Origin: a virus
Reading direction: 5' to 3' (one strand)
IMG/VR virus record: IMGVR_UViG_3300003375_000003
Span: 1 to 45,514 of that record
Length of the DNA: 45,514 nucleotides
The notes beneath the pieces were generated by a model. It had not been told where the DNA came from and ran no database searches. It worked only from the letters and a program-made list of their open reading frames with translations. Of the stretch, positions 22,920-33,591 are shown in pieces (within the stretch, counting starts at the first letter, position 1; each line of letters opens with the position of its first letter). Made by a program: the position numbers and the translations under genes.

Positions 22920-25579
22920 AGTACCATATCAGGAGTGAGCCACCCTTCAAACTCTGTTGCTATTGAATTACCCGCCTGTTGTACTGCCCTTTTAATAAAA
23001 AAGTGATATTCCTTTACTGCAAATCCGGGCTTCTTCCAAAAGAAACGGACATAGCCATTAGGGTCGGTATTCAATGTCTTGTACATACTAAATGGGTATC
23101 TCGATTTAACACGAATTGCCGAACCTTTGAACAGTTTTGCAGGTAGTGTATTTATTGCCACGTCCTTAAATTCAGTAACTACATTTGCCCCTGCGCCAAC
23201 TTGTAAATTACTTTCCATGCCTGACAACCCGATAACGGTATTATTATACTGCATCACATAGGTATTGCGGAATGTCAGATAATCCGCCTCCATCTGGTCA
23301 AGTTGCGAATGAAGTAACCCGCCGAACCTTTGTAAGTTCCTGCCACCCGTCAATTCTACATTGATAGCTGAATCAGGATAATAAAGACCAAATATATAAG
23401 GCTGCGTTGCCGCTGTCGGGTCCGTGCTTTGCGCTGCGGGTAGGTTTGTTCCGTTGCGCTGTGTTAATTGATACGCAGTTGCCCATACCGCCTTATTTGA
23501 TGGGTCGAAAGGCCGAAATAAATATGGAGTAACCCCCATTGTTACCGTTGGGGATGGTAGGCAGTACAAAACAACATTCTGATTGTCAGATGAAGGGTTA
23601 GAAGGTGAATAGGTTGCACCAATTGGTTGACTTACCTTTTGCGCCCTTAATAGTTCAATTGCATTTTGTTCAGTCAACACGTCCGTTTCCTCATAATCCA
23701 TCGTGCCGGGTATATTTGACAACGGAGTATTAAAATAAGCCTCGGTATTCACAATGTCCACTCCGAAGTTGCTGTTAATATCTGCCTGAGTGTAGCCTAG
23801 TTTTAAGTTTGCTCCCAATCCTTCCGTTATTGGCGTAATCTCCAAATCATACACATCGTAACCTAAATCAAGAATCATCTTTGTATTGTCAAAGAAGTAT
23901 GCAAAGTTTTCAATTCTCAATTTGTCATCCTGCAATGTCGCACCGCACCCTAATGTTTTCTTGCAGAAGTTGAAAAGCTGATTAAATGATAGGGTAATAT
24001 AAGATTGCCCTTGCAGGTCATGTATGCAATATGCAGATGTCCATTTTATTTGTGACGGCACAACGTCCCCCACTGCCGTAGTATTTGCAATGTCCAGAAA
24101 GTCGCTATCCCCTTCGTAGTCTGTAACAACAGGTATTGGGAACCCGTAACCGTCCGTCCGTGTTGTTGCAAGGTTTGGAACTATCTTTTGTAGTAACTGT
24201 TTTAATGTAAATGCAGGGAATACCGACGGATTTAAAGAAGGTGCTGCAATCGGAACGCCTGAAACACCATTATCGAAGTTAGATTCCATGTAAACTTTTA
24301 ATTCCGACAATCCAAAAGAGCAATAGCCGGAAATTCCGAAACCATGATCCGCATCACATATAATACCAAACACATAACATTTATTGTAATTGATAGTCAG
24401 GTTTACTAATGGTGTGGTTTTTTTTGCAAAGCCGGATGGAGAATCAGGAGAAGGAAAAACAGTAGGAAAAAATGGTAGGGCTGTCGAATCGGGTAAATTT
24501 ATCCTGTATATTTCCTGCGGGTGAACATAACGGGAACTTACTACATCTGGGTTATCATCATTATTTATTTCAAACAAGACAAAAGCCATATACCTACCTG
24601 TATCCGTACCGCCTGCTAATGCAACAGGTTGTTCACCATGTATGGGGTCGAACATATCAAAATTCATACAGGCAGACATACTCAACCCCCCTGCGGGTGT
24701 GTTGGGTAAAAGGTTTTTAAGAGAGTAGTTTGATTTAGTTGATGGCTGACTATGGTTGACGCCTGAAAATGACGATTCACTACCAAAGTTTGCAGCTCCC
24801 GGCGTTTGATTCCCTTGTATCAAAAAGGGCTGCAAAATCGTATTGCCTATAAATGTTGTCGCGCCATTATTTTGAGTAATGGAATATTGGTTTAATGCGG
24901 GGATGATATGATAGCCGTCACCCCGTGCGCCACCGTTCCATCCGTTCAATTGATTTCCATCTACAACACTATAAGACAGCGGATTGTCAGGATTTGCTGA
25001 ACTTATATAATTTGTCTGATACCTTAATTTTATTCCATCATGCAAAACCCATTGTGCATCCGTTACCCATACGGGGTCTGCGTCCGTTCCTGTGTTTTGC
25101 CAAATAGGTATATTGAAAGGGGTATCACCGTAGCTGTGTAAATCACGAACTAATCCACTATCCAAAGTATAAATTTCCGTAAGTTCTGTTTGCTCTAAAT
25201 CCTTGTAGGTTTTGAAGTCTAAGTAAGATTCATAAAACAGGTCGTAAGTGATACTACTATCGGTATTCAGTACCCATATTTTGAACAGGCAATACCCCTT
25301 TAAGCATTCCCTTTTATAAATATCGTCAATGATAGCCTTTGCATCCATCGAGAATTTATAAGCCCCATTTGAAGACATGGAACGGAATATACCTAAATAG
25401 TCGTTATCCCTTTCGTATGTGATAGCCGTAACGTCCCATCCATCCGGCAATACTTCAAAATAAGTAAGTGTTGGCAATGGTGCGTTTATTGTCCATGTCG
25501 CATCTGTATTCAGGTCCGCGGTTAAAAATCCTCCCGCCTCATTCTGAAAACTCATTTTAAATAACGGATCAAAGGCCAT
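22916..25579 (-). CDS. large distal-tail/baseplate protein (Dit/Tal position), 887 aa
   Basis: Immediately downstream of the tape measure gene (6-nt gap). Assigned from size and position only. Confidence 0.6.
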   Translation of the reverse strand: MAFDPLFKMSFQNEAGGFLTADLNTDATWTINAPLPTLTYFEVLPDGWDVTAITYERDNDYLGIFRSMSSNGAYKFSMDAKAIIDDIYKRECLKGYCLFKIWVLNTDSSITYDLFYESYLDFKTYKDLEQTELTEIYTLDSGLVRDLHSYGDTPFNIPIWQNTGTDADPVWVTDAQWVLHDGIKLRYQTNYISSANPDNPLSYSVVDGNQLNGWNGGARGDGYHIIPALNQYSITQNNGATTFIGNTILQPFLIQGNQTPGAANFGSESSFSGVNHSQPSTKSNYSLKNLLPNTPAGGLSMSACMNFDMFDPIHGEQPVALAGGTDTGRYMAFVLFEINNDDNPDVVSSRYVHPQEIYRINLPDSTALPFFPTVFPSPDSPSGFAKKTTPLVNLTINYNKCYVFGIICDADHGFGISGYCSFGLSELKVYMESNFDNGVSGVPIAAPSLNPSVFPAFTLKQLLQKIVPNLATTRTDGYGFPIPVVTDYEGDSDFLDIANTTAVGDVVPSQIKWTSAYCIHDLQGQSYITLSFNQLFNFCKKTLGCGATLQDDKLRIENFAYFFDNTKMILDLGYDVYDLEITPITEGLGANLKLGYTQADINSNFGVDIVNTEAYFNTPLSNIPGTMDYEETDVLTEQNAIELLRAQKVSQPIGATYSPSNPSSDNQNVVLYCLPSPTVTMGVTPYLFRPFDPSNKAVWATAYQLTQRNGTNLPAAQSTDPTAATQPYIFGLYYPDSAINVELTGGRNLQRFGGLLHSQLDQMEADYLTFRNTYVMQYNNTVIGLSGMESNLQVGAGANVVTEFKDVAINTLPAKLFKGSAIRVKSRYPFSMYKTLNTDPNGYVRFFWKKPGFAVKEYHFFIKRAVQQAGNSIATEFEGWLTPDMVL

Positions 25580-25584
25580 TCTGA

Positions 25585-28566
25585 TTATCTTTTATGTTGT
25601 AAATTATTCGCCCTTCTCATTTCATCAATCAGCGAATTGTTATTAACCTGCTGTGGTCTATTCGCCTGCATCCCCATTAATAACTTATCTCCTGTTTCAT
25701 CAAAACTATTACCCACTATTTTAGCAACTTCCTTTGCTACTTCTTTAATTACCGTGCTATCTCTTTGATTATTCATTTCATAGCCTGTATGGGTAACATT
25801 ACCCGCTGCATACTTGAATAACTTGGTGGTATCTTCCCCGCTGAATACTTTAGTACCTATCGGACGTTTGTATATGGTTGGTTTGTCAGCCGATAATGAC
25901 ACATCACCCGATGGAGTAACCATAAGTTCTTTCTTACCGCCATCACCCGCTATAAATGTGTTTGTAGTTGTTCCTTGATCCCCTGTACCATATCTGAATT
26001 GGGGTAATGGAGTCGAAGCCGCCGCCGAATATTGAGCCGCACCAATAGCCGCAATAACAGCCATTTGAGCAATAGCGTAAGGGGCTGTATCGGGGTCAGC
26101 AAGACCTACCGCCGCCTTTGCCTCAGCTACGGCAATATTGAACAATACCGCACTTTCAGCCGCTTGTTTATCAGCAATAGCCTTTTTAAGTGCTAACTGA
26201 TTTTGTTTCTGCTGCAACTCGTTTTGTGCCGCTGCGTTTTGTGCCGCCTGTACTTTTAACTGATTGTCTTTGGTTATCTGATAACCCGTTGTCGCATTAA
26301 TAGCCTCTATCTTCTGCTGATTCTGTATTTTAAGTTTCTGAGAAAGGATATTCAATTGCATTTCCTCCTTTGCAAAACCATTGTCCCGAATCGTATTGAT
26401 AGCTGACATGGTTTCCTGAGCCAACTGAATAGACAGGACTTTTATATCCTCTAATGATTTTTTCTTTTTCGCCTTTTCTTCGTCTCCTTTATCTAATGTA
26501 TGCTGATGTACCGCATCTGTCGCCGTCTGCGTATCTGTTTCGGTCTTTATCTTGATTTTAGCGAGGTCGTCAAATGCTGTTTTCGCCTTATCTCTGTCCT
26601 CTGCAATCTTCTTAGTCTGCAATTCGCTCCTATCCTCAACGGGTGTTACCTCGTCAAGGCTTACCGTCCCTGCCGCTTGACTATTTCGTTCGGCTGCTTT
26701 GGCTAAATCCTCATTATCTAACCTTACCTGATTCTGTTTGCTTGAAATGTCAAAATTGGAATCGTCATATTCATGCGCTCTTGCCTTTATTCCTAACAGG
26801 TCAAGACCACTATTTGAATTATGGGCAATGGCATACTTTATCTGCTTGTCCTGAGCCTCAGAAACAAGCCTATCCAATTCCTTTTGGTGGGCAATAAGTT
26901 TATCAAGGTAATCACGGTCATAATCGCTACCTTTTTTCTTTTCAGCAATAATAGCCTCGTTTACTTCACGTACCGTTTCGGATGTTTTGGTAATGGCAGA
27001 TGTGTATTTTTCTGAGTATTCTTTATAACGGGCAAGTTCTTGATTTTGCGTTTCACCAATTTTACCTGCAAATGATTTGAGTATGTCGCTTTCCTTACCC
27101 CATGCAGCACGTTCATGCTCTATTTTATCTGCAAGTAGGTTATATTCGTCATTGTATGATTTTGCGCTATGATTATACTTATCTTGCGCCACATCGTCCG
27201 CCATCTTCTTATTTTCCTCAACTATTTTAAGCTGAGCCATCATTTCTTTTTTATTGTCTTTGGGCGTTCTATCTTTTTTGTCCTTAGTGTTACCCTCTAA
27301 AGCCGCTTTCTCCTTTTCCAATTCAGCCAGTCGGGTATTTGCAAAAATCAAATCCTTGTCAATTTGTAATCGGTCTTTTCTGTTTTTATTGATGTCGATT
27401 TGGGTTTTAGTCAATTCATTTTCTACACCTATGCCCGAATGTTCGGTGCGCTCGGTAATCATTTTTTCCCGTTCAGGTGAAGGGTTATTCACAAACTTGT
27501 TTCTTTTTGCCACTAATTCTTCTGTTAATGCTTCGTTTTGCTGTTGCGCCTGTAACGTGGCACTTTGCAATTCCCTTCCTTTATTTATCTGTTCCTGTAA
27601 CTCTATGTATTTTTGCATAGATGAAACCTGCTTATTCATTCTATCTGTATTCTCAGCCGCCTTAAATCCCTCTTTTGTCATGTCATCCAGTACTGCGGGT
27701 GCTATCCCCTGCAATACCTTGTAAGCCCTAAATCTTTGATCTAATGTTAAGTTTTGGTCTTTAAGAATAGATATTTGGCTATTCATCTTAGATTCATCAA
27801 AATATACAGCGGCTAAAATATCAGCCGCCATATTCGCCTTTGATTTATTGAGTTCCTTAAAGCTGTCATTATATTCAGTCAGTCTGTCTTTTGCCAATTG
27901 TTCCGCATCTGAAACCTTTGTCCATTCTTCCCATAGTGCGGTAATTCCTGCAATTATTGGAACAAATAAAGCCTGCATTAATACCATTCTAACCGCCATT
28001 CTAACGAATACGGCTTCGGCATTTACTCCTAAAATATTTATTGAGTTAGTTGTATTTTTTACAGCAACATTTACAGTACCCATTACGGTTGCTGTTTGTG
28101 CCAACTGCGGGTTGAGTTGCTGTAACGCTGCAATCTGCTGCCGTATCGCATCTTGTGATTTTTGGAAGCCAGCATTTATAATGTCATTATTTCTACCTAC
28201 CTTATCCCATTGCTTTTCACCGGCCTGTAACTGCGCTGTTAAATTTGCTATTGAATTTGCCTGAGTTCCAATAGCCGCCGTTGCCTGTTGTGCATTATTT
28301 GTAATGCTTATATTGGCGGCATTCATACTCTGCGCCGATTGTGCATTATTATTTTGAGCCTGAGTAAGTGAAGCTGTCGCCGCCTCCTGCCTTATTATAG
28401 CATCATTTAAAGCGGTTAATGATTCCGCGCCTATCAAATCAACCTTTATAGTAACAGTTTTACCGTTTATAGTCGTTATCTCATTTTCCACCTCCACCAA
28501 TTGCCCAACCAACGCCTTAAGGTCAGGCATTACACTAGGGTCAACAACATTATTTATATTACCCAT
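25585..28566 (-). CDS. tail tape measure protein
   Basis: 993 aa, dominated by Ala/Gln/Lys/Glu-rich coiled-coil sequence with an internal hydrophobic segment VFVRMAVRMVLMQALFVPIIAGITALW. Canonical position. Confidence 0.85.
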   Translation of the reverse strand: MGNINNVVDPSVMPDLKALVGQLVEVENEITTINGKTVTIKVDLIGAESLTALNDAIIRQEAATASLTQAQNNNAQSAQSMNAANISITNNAQQATAAIGTQANSIANLTAQLQAGEKQWDKVGRNNDIINAGFQKSQDAIRQQIAALQQLNPQLAQTATVMGTVNVAVKNTTNSINILGVNAEAVFVRMAVRMVLMQALFVPIIAGITALWEEWTKVSDAEQLAKDRLTEYNDSFKELNKSKANMAADILAAVYFDESKMNSQISILKDQNLTLDQRFRAYKVLQGIAPAVLDDMTKEGFKAAENTDRMNKQVSSMQKYIELQEQINKGRELQSATLQAQQQNEALTEELVAKRNKFVNNPSPEREKMITERTEHSGIGVENELTKTQIDINKNRKDRLQIDKDLIFANTRLAELEKEKAALEGNTKDKKDRTPKDNKKEMMAQLKIVEENKKMADDVAQDKYNHSAKSYNDEYNLLADKIEHERAAWGKESDILKSFAGKIGETQNQELARYKEYSEKYTSAITKTSETVREVNEAIIAEKKKGSDYDRDYLDKLIAHQKELDRLVSEAQDKQIKYAIAHNSNSGLDLLGIKARAHEYDDSNFDISSKQNQVRLDNEDLAKAAERNSQAAGTVSLDEVTPVEDRSELQTKKIAEDRDKAKTAFDDLAKIKIKTETDTQTATDAVHQHTLDKGDEEKAKKKKSLEDIKVLSIQLAQETMSAINTIRDNGFAKEEMQLNILSQKLKIQNQQKIEAINATTGYQITKDNQLKVQAAQNAAAQNELQQKQNQLALKKAIADKQAAESAVLFNIAVAEAKAAVGLADPDTAPYAIAQMAVIAAIGAAQYSAAASTPLPQFRYGTGDQGTTTNTFIAGDGGKKELMVTPSGDVSLSADKPTIYKRPIGTKVFSGEDTTKLFKYAAGNVTHTGYEMNNQRDSTVIKEVAKEVAKIVGNSFDETGDKLLMGMQANRPQQVNNNSLIDEMRRANNLQHKR

Positions 28567-29401
28567 GACTTTGCTTTATTAAGTTTTTGATATGGTCGTC
28601 TAACCTGCTTTCGAGTACCGCGTATTGCATAACGGTAATACTATCGTCATACCTGCACCCCTCAATTTTATTTATATCCATGAGGCGCATAATAAACCCT
28701 CTGTGTCTGTCCGCTACGCTCATTGTCTTATCGTCATTCTGTGCCTGTTCCCGTTCTTCCAGAGCCTTTTTGAGCCTCTTTAGTTTTCGGGTGTTGGCTA
28801 TTTCGGCGGCACTTACTTTTAATAGGTCGTCCGCTACTGTTTCAGGAATGAATTTATAAGCCGGATATTGCGCTCTTAACGCCTCGGCTGCTGAATAGCT
28901 ATATCTATCCTGCATAATGGTGGAAATCGTCTTTACGAGTGCCTGATGTAGTTCTATTGCTTTTATTTCACGAAGTAGATGTATGTAGGCTTTTACGCCC
29001 TCATCTTTACGAACATCGTAATACTGCGATAGTATAGATTCATAGGCTGCGTTCAATTCCTGCGGTGTTCCATTGCCTAGCGGTGTCAGGTCATTATCTA
29101 CACAGCAAGTAATAAAGTCTTTAAGTAGCAATACTCGTATGGAAGTTATAATATTAGTCGGTATCGGTGTTCCGGGTGCTATTTTTACCCGCTTATGGAA
29201 CGGATGAATAACTTTCTTTGCTTTGATACAACGGACTATATATTCAGCCAAAGCGATTGAGGTGAGTGATATTGCAGGAAACAGCAAACCCCACCATTTA
29301 AACTTGAAGCAAAAAAAAACACATGCCGCAAGGAATATCAATAACAGGACAAATACTATCCTGAATAACCGCTTATCAGATATTTTATAATTTGGATGCA
29401 T
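28559..29401 (-). CDS. two-TM membrane protein occupying the tail-chaperone position
   Basis: N-terminal LFRIVFVLLLIFLAACVFFCF and WGLLFPAISLTSIALAEYIV, then a helical soluble domain. Overlaps the tape measure start by 8 nt. Confidence 0.55.
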   Translation of the reverse strand: MHPNYKISDKRLFRIVFVLLLIFLAACVFFCFKFKWWGLLFPAISLTSIALAEYIVRCIKAKKVIHPFHKRVKIAPGTPIPTNIITSIRVLLLKDFITCCVDNDLTPLGNGTPQELNAAYESILSQYYDVRKDEGVKAYIHLLREIKAIELHQALVKTISTIMQDRYSYSAAEALRAQYPAYKFIPETVADDLLKVSAAEIANTRKLKRLKKALEEREQAQNDDKTMSVADRHRGFIMRLMDINKIEGCRYDDSITVMQYAVLESRLDDHIKNLIKQSHG

Positions 29402-29446
29402 TGGGGTAAATTTGAAGTATGTGGATATTTCTTGTAGTGAGGATCA

Positions 29447-29902
29447 CTAATCAAGACCAATAGCCTCACTCATTTTCGTATTGAAATCATCGACTATCAT
29501 AGGCCATATCAAAGCCTCGTTTTCGGACGTAAGTTCCATAACCTCAGACCCGTTCCATTCTCTTAGCCAATCTGATTTTAATTCCCCCTTGTCGGTTAAT
29601 GCAGGACTATTGAAAAAGTAGGAAGGGCTTTCAACAGATAGATTCATTTCGCCGTGAAACTCGCCCGTTTCATCAAAGTCGGTAAGACCTGATTTTCCCT
29701 CTAACTGTTTATGAATTTTGGTATTTGGTCGGTATTCCCGTAATGGCTGACCTGCGCTATCCGTATGCTGCTCGAGCTGCTGATTAATGAGAAGTGGTAT
29801 AATTTCCTCTTTGTGTTCGATCATACACACTCCGGCAATCTCGTTCACCTGTGATAGCAAAGATTCAATTTCAATTCGGAAATCTGTCGCCGTTCCTGCC
29901 AT
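29447..29902 (-). CDS. hypothetical tail-assembly-region protein (151 aa)
   Basis: ORF between the putative tube and tape measure genes. Acidic. Confidence 0.5.
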   Translation of the reverse strand: MAGTATDFRIEIESLLSQVNEIAGVCMIEHKEEIIPLLINQQLEQHTDSAGQPLREYRPNTKIHKQLEGKSGLTDFDETGEFHGEMNLSVESPSYFFNSPALTDKGELKSDWLREWNGSEVMELTSENEALIWPMIVDDFNTKMSEAIGLD

Positions 29903-29911
29903 GATATGCGG

Positions 29912-30127
29912 TTATTCTCCGTCTAATTCCTCTTTAGCGGGAGGTGCAATGATTGGTTCGGGCACTACAATAGCAGGTTGTTCCACCGCTGCTATTTCGG
30001 GGTGGGTATTATCCCACATCTCCTTTAAATCGTCGGGGTCATGCCTTCCATTACTCCAATTTTTGAAGCTGCCAAAGTCGGCGAATGTCTTTACAAAATC
30101 TGAATCGTAACTCACATTTCTATTCAT
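29912..30127 (-). CDS. hypothetical tail-assembly-region protein (71 aa)
   Basis: Small acidic ORF, in the same frame as the downstream 151-aa ORF and separated from it by TAA plus three codons. Confidence 0.45.
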   Translation of the reverse strand: MNRNVSYDSDFVKTFADFGSFKNWSNGRHDPDDLKEMWDNTHPEIAAVEQPAIVVPEPIIAPPAKEELDGE

Positions 30128-30189
30128 AAAAGTAGGTTAGCAAAGTGGTGGGAACCCCCATTATGAGATTCCCACCCTTAGATTGTGAA

Positions 30190-31227
30190 TTAGAAAGTAT
30201 GTACTGCTGCGTTTGCTCCGTTCTCGGTAATGTTGGCAATTTCACACACCACATTTGCATTTGGTATGATTGCGTTTACTGCGCTCGGTGCTGCCAAAGT
30301 AAGCTGAACCTTGTTTGTCGCTGTGGGTGCGGCTGACAGTATAGCCCATCCATACCAATACGTTTCACCGGCTACCACGATAACACCGAATGTCATAGTG
30401 GATATGGTAAGTGTTGTGCTTAGTGTGATGTTCTTTGCTACAAAGCAGGCTTTGGTAAGTACTGTTGCATAATCCGCTATGAAGTCGCTTGCATCTGCAT
30501 TGTAACGACTACCGATTACTATGTCGGTTGTAGTGGTTATGCCCAACGCAGTGCCAACAATGGAAGATATGTCAAACAATTTCACATTTTCAAGCATGAT
30601 AATACTTGATGTGTCCGTACCTGCTGCGTAATAACGAAAGTCCTCGTTATGCTGCCTGCGGTTAGCGGCCTGAATGCTGAATGAATAGTTATTGCGGGTC
30701 TTGTCCGTTGTTTCTTCAACGTCCATTACGAACAACTGGCTAAGGGAATACGAAGCTAAACCACCTGCGCCGGTAGGGTCTTTACGACCTAACCATGTAC
30801 CATTAGCGTCAATGTAGTAATAATCGTACTTGTCCTGTCCGTTGTGGAACTTTAAATTTTCCTGATGCAGCCCCATGTTTGCACCCATGCAACGGAAAGA
30901 ATGCTTTGGATCATACTTGGTTACATCAAATTGCTGCAACCCTGTGTCCTCTGTTGAGGTCTTTTTGGTAAGGTTTTTCAGGTCGTCAAGGTTGGTAAAT
31001 GCAAACCATCTCGGAGTTGTACCACCCCTCGTATCTGACAGGAACCGCGCATTTACATACGTGTTGAATGTAACGGGGTCAACCATTGCCGATAGCGGAA
31101 TGATAGTTGATTTAGGGACAATAGCAAATACCTTCTTAATGGCAGGCTCACCATAATTTGCAATAGTGCCCGTATTCCCTGTTTGGGCAATATTGTTTAA
31201 GTTAACGTTACTTAGTGCTTCTGACAT
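30190..31227 (-). CDS. putative major tail (tube) protein
   Basis: 345 aa. Assigned only from its position upstream of the chaperone-like ORFs and tape measure gene. Confidence 0.4.
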   Translation of the reverse strand: MSEALSNVNLNNIAQTGNTGTIANYGEPAIKKVFAIVPKSTIIPLSAMVDPVTFNTYVNARFLSDTRGGTTPRWFAFTNLDDLKNLTKKTSTEDTGLQQFDVTKYDPKHSFRCMGANMGLHQENLKFHNGQDKYDYYYIDANGTWLGRKDPTGAGGLASYSLSQLFVMDVEETTDKTRNNYSFSIQAANRRQHNEDFRYYAAGTDTSSIIMLENVKLFDISSIVGTALGITTTTDIVIGSRYNADASDFIADYATVLTKACFVAKNITLSTTLTISTMTFGVIVVAGETYWYGWAILSAAPTATNKVQLTLAAPSAVNAIIPNANVVCEIANITENGANAAVHTF

Positions 31228-31258
31228 TGTTGTGAATTTTAAAGGTTAAAGTTGTTGT

Positions 31259-32197
31259 TTAGATTGTATCAAAAAATGTTATTACTGAAATATCCCCGTC
31301 ATTAAACCCCCGCTGTGGGGCTACTGCGTTTGCGCTCCTGTCCCATATTCCGCGCACATTATCATATACAGGCGTTGCGTCTGACTGATTATTGTAAGTA
31401 AATGGGACTTGTACTTTTCGACCAGCCAAATACCCGTTACTATCTCCTATTCTCATTGGTGTAAGCGTGTTACCCGGCGCATATTCAGCCTGTATAAACC
31501 TGCCATTGCCAACCGCAATAAGGTTGTTAGGGTTTGGTGATGTCTTGGTAAATAATACGATAGAACGCCACATAGTTTGAGGTATATAGGCTTTACTTTT
31601 GGGTAAATTGTGAAGCGGGTTATATGGTATTGACAAATCAATGCGGAAACAGAACTTAGGGTGTAGATCGTTGTTTAATGACTGTCTTTTTGCCGCACCT
31701 GAATATCGCTCCCATACCTTATCAACGTCTTTGTAAATGTTACCGACTTCAAATCCATTTCCTGCCGCCTGTATGTAATTGGCAATATCATTTACTGCCA
31801 CATCATCAAGCCGCTGCCCCTGATTATCCGCAATGCCACCCGCTGTTATCTTTTCGAGGTTTACGCAAAAAATAAGCTGCATATTGGCAATCGAATCATT
31901 GATAGCGTTTTTCTTAATCGGGTCAACTAACCCCATAAAGAATAAAGCCGATACCGTATCTTCAAAGAACATTCCTCCGCTACTGTTTACCCCTGTACCT
32001 GAAACGTAACATTTGGTCGCTGCGTTGTAGTATTGCGGCACATACCCATCATCTGATTTATTGCGTGCCACCCTGCCAAAGCCGTTACAATTCCCATCAT
32101 CCAAACTCCACGTATCTTTAACCTTTTGGTAAAGCCTTTTTATAAAAGCCTCTACCGTAAAATCAAGACCAAAGGCGTAAGGGTTGGAGTAGAGCAT
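31259..32197 (-). CDS. hypothetical virion/head-tail joining region protein (312 aa)
   Basis: ORF in the late operon. No motif recognised. Confidence 0.55.
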   Translation of the reverse strand: MLYSNPYAFGLDFTVEAFIKRLYQKVKDTWSLDDGNCNGFGRVARNKSDDGYVPQYYNAATKCYVSGTGVNSSGGMFFEDTVSALFFMGLVDPIKKNAINDSIANMQLIFCVNLEKITAGGIADNQGQRLDDVAVNDIANYIQAAGNGFEVGNIYKDVDKVWERYSGAAKRQSLNNDLHPKFCFRIDLSIPYNPLHNLPKSKAYIPQTMWRSIVLFTKTSPNPNNLIAVGNGRFIQAEYAPGNTLTPMRIGDSNGYLAGRKVQVPFTYNNQSDATPVYDNVRGIWDRSANAVAPQRGFNDGDISVITFFDTI

Positions 32198-32199
32198 TG

Positions 32200-33585
32200 T
32201 TACGTTAATGTTTGTCTTGCAGGCATGTTGTTAATGTCAAACCCCTGATATTGGTCATAAATACTATTGCCGCCCATCCCGCCACCAACTGCGAAACTTT
32301 TAACTTCCATCTTTGGCTTAAAGCAGTCGGATATACTTTGTAGTGCCCGTTTCAATTGCTGATTCAGTCCATTTACAAAAGGTGTTCCCGCTTCCGAATC
32401 TGGTAGTTTGCCGCTAATTGCAGTATCAATAAGGTCTTTCTTGGTCGCCAAAGCGAGATTATCAGACCCCGAACGGGTAGTATTCTTAATCAAACTCAGG
32501 TAAATAATCGCTGCGGTTAATATGCGTACCTCATCGAGGAGATGTACATTCTCTACGATCACCTGCGTATAATCCCGATAAGCACTCATTTCAACATTCA
32601 GTCCGTAGCTATAAAAAACAGTTCCTACGTAACGCCGGTCAAAGTTTAATTGTCCTGATATTTTAGCAGATGTGAACGGAGTACCACCCCATACAATACT
32701 GTTCTCCCAAAGGTTTAGTTGCTCGTCAATGGCTTGTACGCCGTCCGGCAAATCTGTATCGAAATAACCAATGTAAACTATCCCTCCGTTATGGTTTGCC
32801 TCGGTATAATTTACCGTCCAATTCAATTCTGCCTTAGTCTGGCTATTGGCAACCGTAGTTATCGTTTTGGTCGCAACGGGAGGTGAAAGCAGGTCATTGA
32901 ACAGGTAAATAGGTAGGTTGCAAACGCCATTAAAGAACAAGGAAATAGCATTGAATACTACCGCATAATCTCCCGTACCTATTACTATCCTATATCCGCA
33001 AAAAGCACCGTTTTGTGTCTTTGGTATTAATACATTCTGTTGATAAGCACGACGTAAATAACATAGCCTGTGTTCAACAAAAGGCGTCATAGGGAATATG
33101 GCATTTATGCACCTGATAATTGAACTTCTGTCCTGCTGTCTTAGATACTCGTTAAAATCAGCGTCGGATATGTTTTCATTTTCTTGGCTCTTGTAGATAT
33201 TGTTGATACTTACAAGTTCGTGCCCTTCCATGAAATATCTACCCGATTTGGAAGATAGGTTTTGGTTGTCGATAGTGGGCAATCCTACGCGGCTTGGCTG
33301 CTGCCATCCTATGCGTCCTACTGTGGCGTTATATACCCTTGCAACATTGAATCCGTTACTTACCTGAGAGGCTACCGAATTTATTGTGAACGTTGCTGTA
33401 CTTGTATCTAATCCAGTATAGGTAATAACTGCCGAACCGATTGAAACAGACGTTACTAATCCACTTGAAGCCCCAACTGTGGCAATAGCTGTGTTAGATG
33501 AACTCCATGAGCCGCCAACGGTTGCGTTTAAAAGCTGCGTGGTATATCCAACTGCGACATAGCTATTGCCTGTTATTGGGGTCAT
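32200..33585 (-). CDS. structural protein with an N-terminal Big_2 (bacterial Ig-like) domain
   Basis: YVAVGYTTQLLNATVGGSWSSSNTAIATVGASSGLVTSVSIGSAVITYTG matches the Big_2 pattern (W.SSN..vAtV...G.vt....G.a.It). Confidence 0.6.
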   Translation of the reverse strand: MTPITGNSYVAVGYTTQLLNATVGGSWSSSNTAIATVGASSGLVTSVSIGSAVITYTGLDTSTATFTINSVASQVSNGFNVARVYNATVGRIGWQQPSRVGLPTIDNQNLSSKSGRYFMEGHELVSINNIYKSQENENISDADFNEYLRQQDRSSIIRCINAIFPMTPFVEHRLCYLRRAYQQNVLIPKTQNGAFCGYRIVIGTGDYAVVFNAISLFFNGVCNLPIYLFNDLLSPPVATKTITTVANSQTKAELNWTVNYTEANHNGGIVYIGYFDTDLPDGVQAIDEQLNLWENSIVWGGTPFTSAKISGQLNFDRRYVGTVFYSYGLNVEMSAYRDYTQVIVENVHLLDEVRILTAAIIYLSLIKNTTRSGSDNLALATKKDLIDTAISGKLPDSEAGTPFVNGLNQQLKRALQSISDCFKPKMEVKSFAVGGGMGGNSIYDQYQGFDINNMPARQTLT

Positions 33586-33591
33586 AGTGAA

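Noticed and set aside
26500-28264. Plus-strand track ORFs inside late genes (for example 26500..26706, 27254..27724, 27848..28264, 17944..18333, 36311..36649)
   Set aside because: They are shadow ORFs fully embedded antisense in long, well-supported structural genes (tape measure, fibre, scaffold). They have Ser/Cys/Phe-rich compositions and no independent start context.
29903-29914. Stop-codon readthrough fusing the 71-aa and 151-aa ORFs, which are in the same frame
   Set aside because: The stop is TAA, the least leaky codon. No readthrough context or structure is evident, and being in frame has a one-in-three chance. It is kept only as a note under the chaperone-slot finding.
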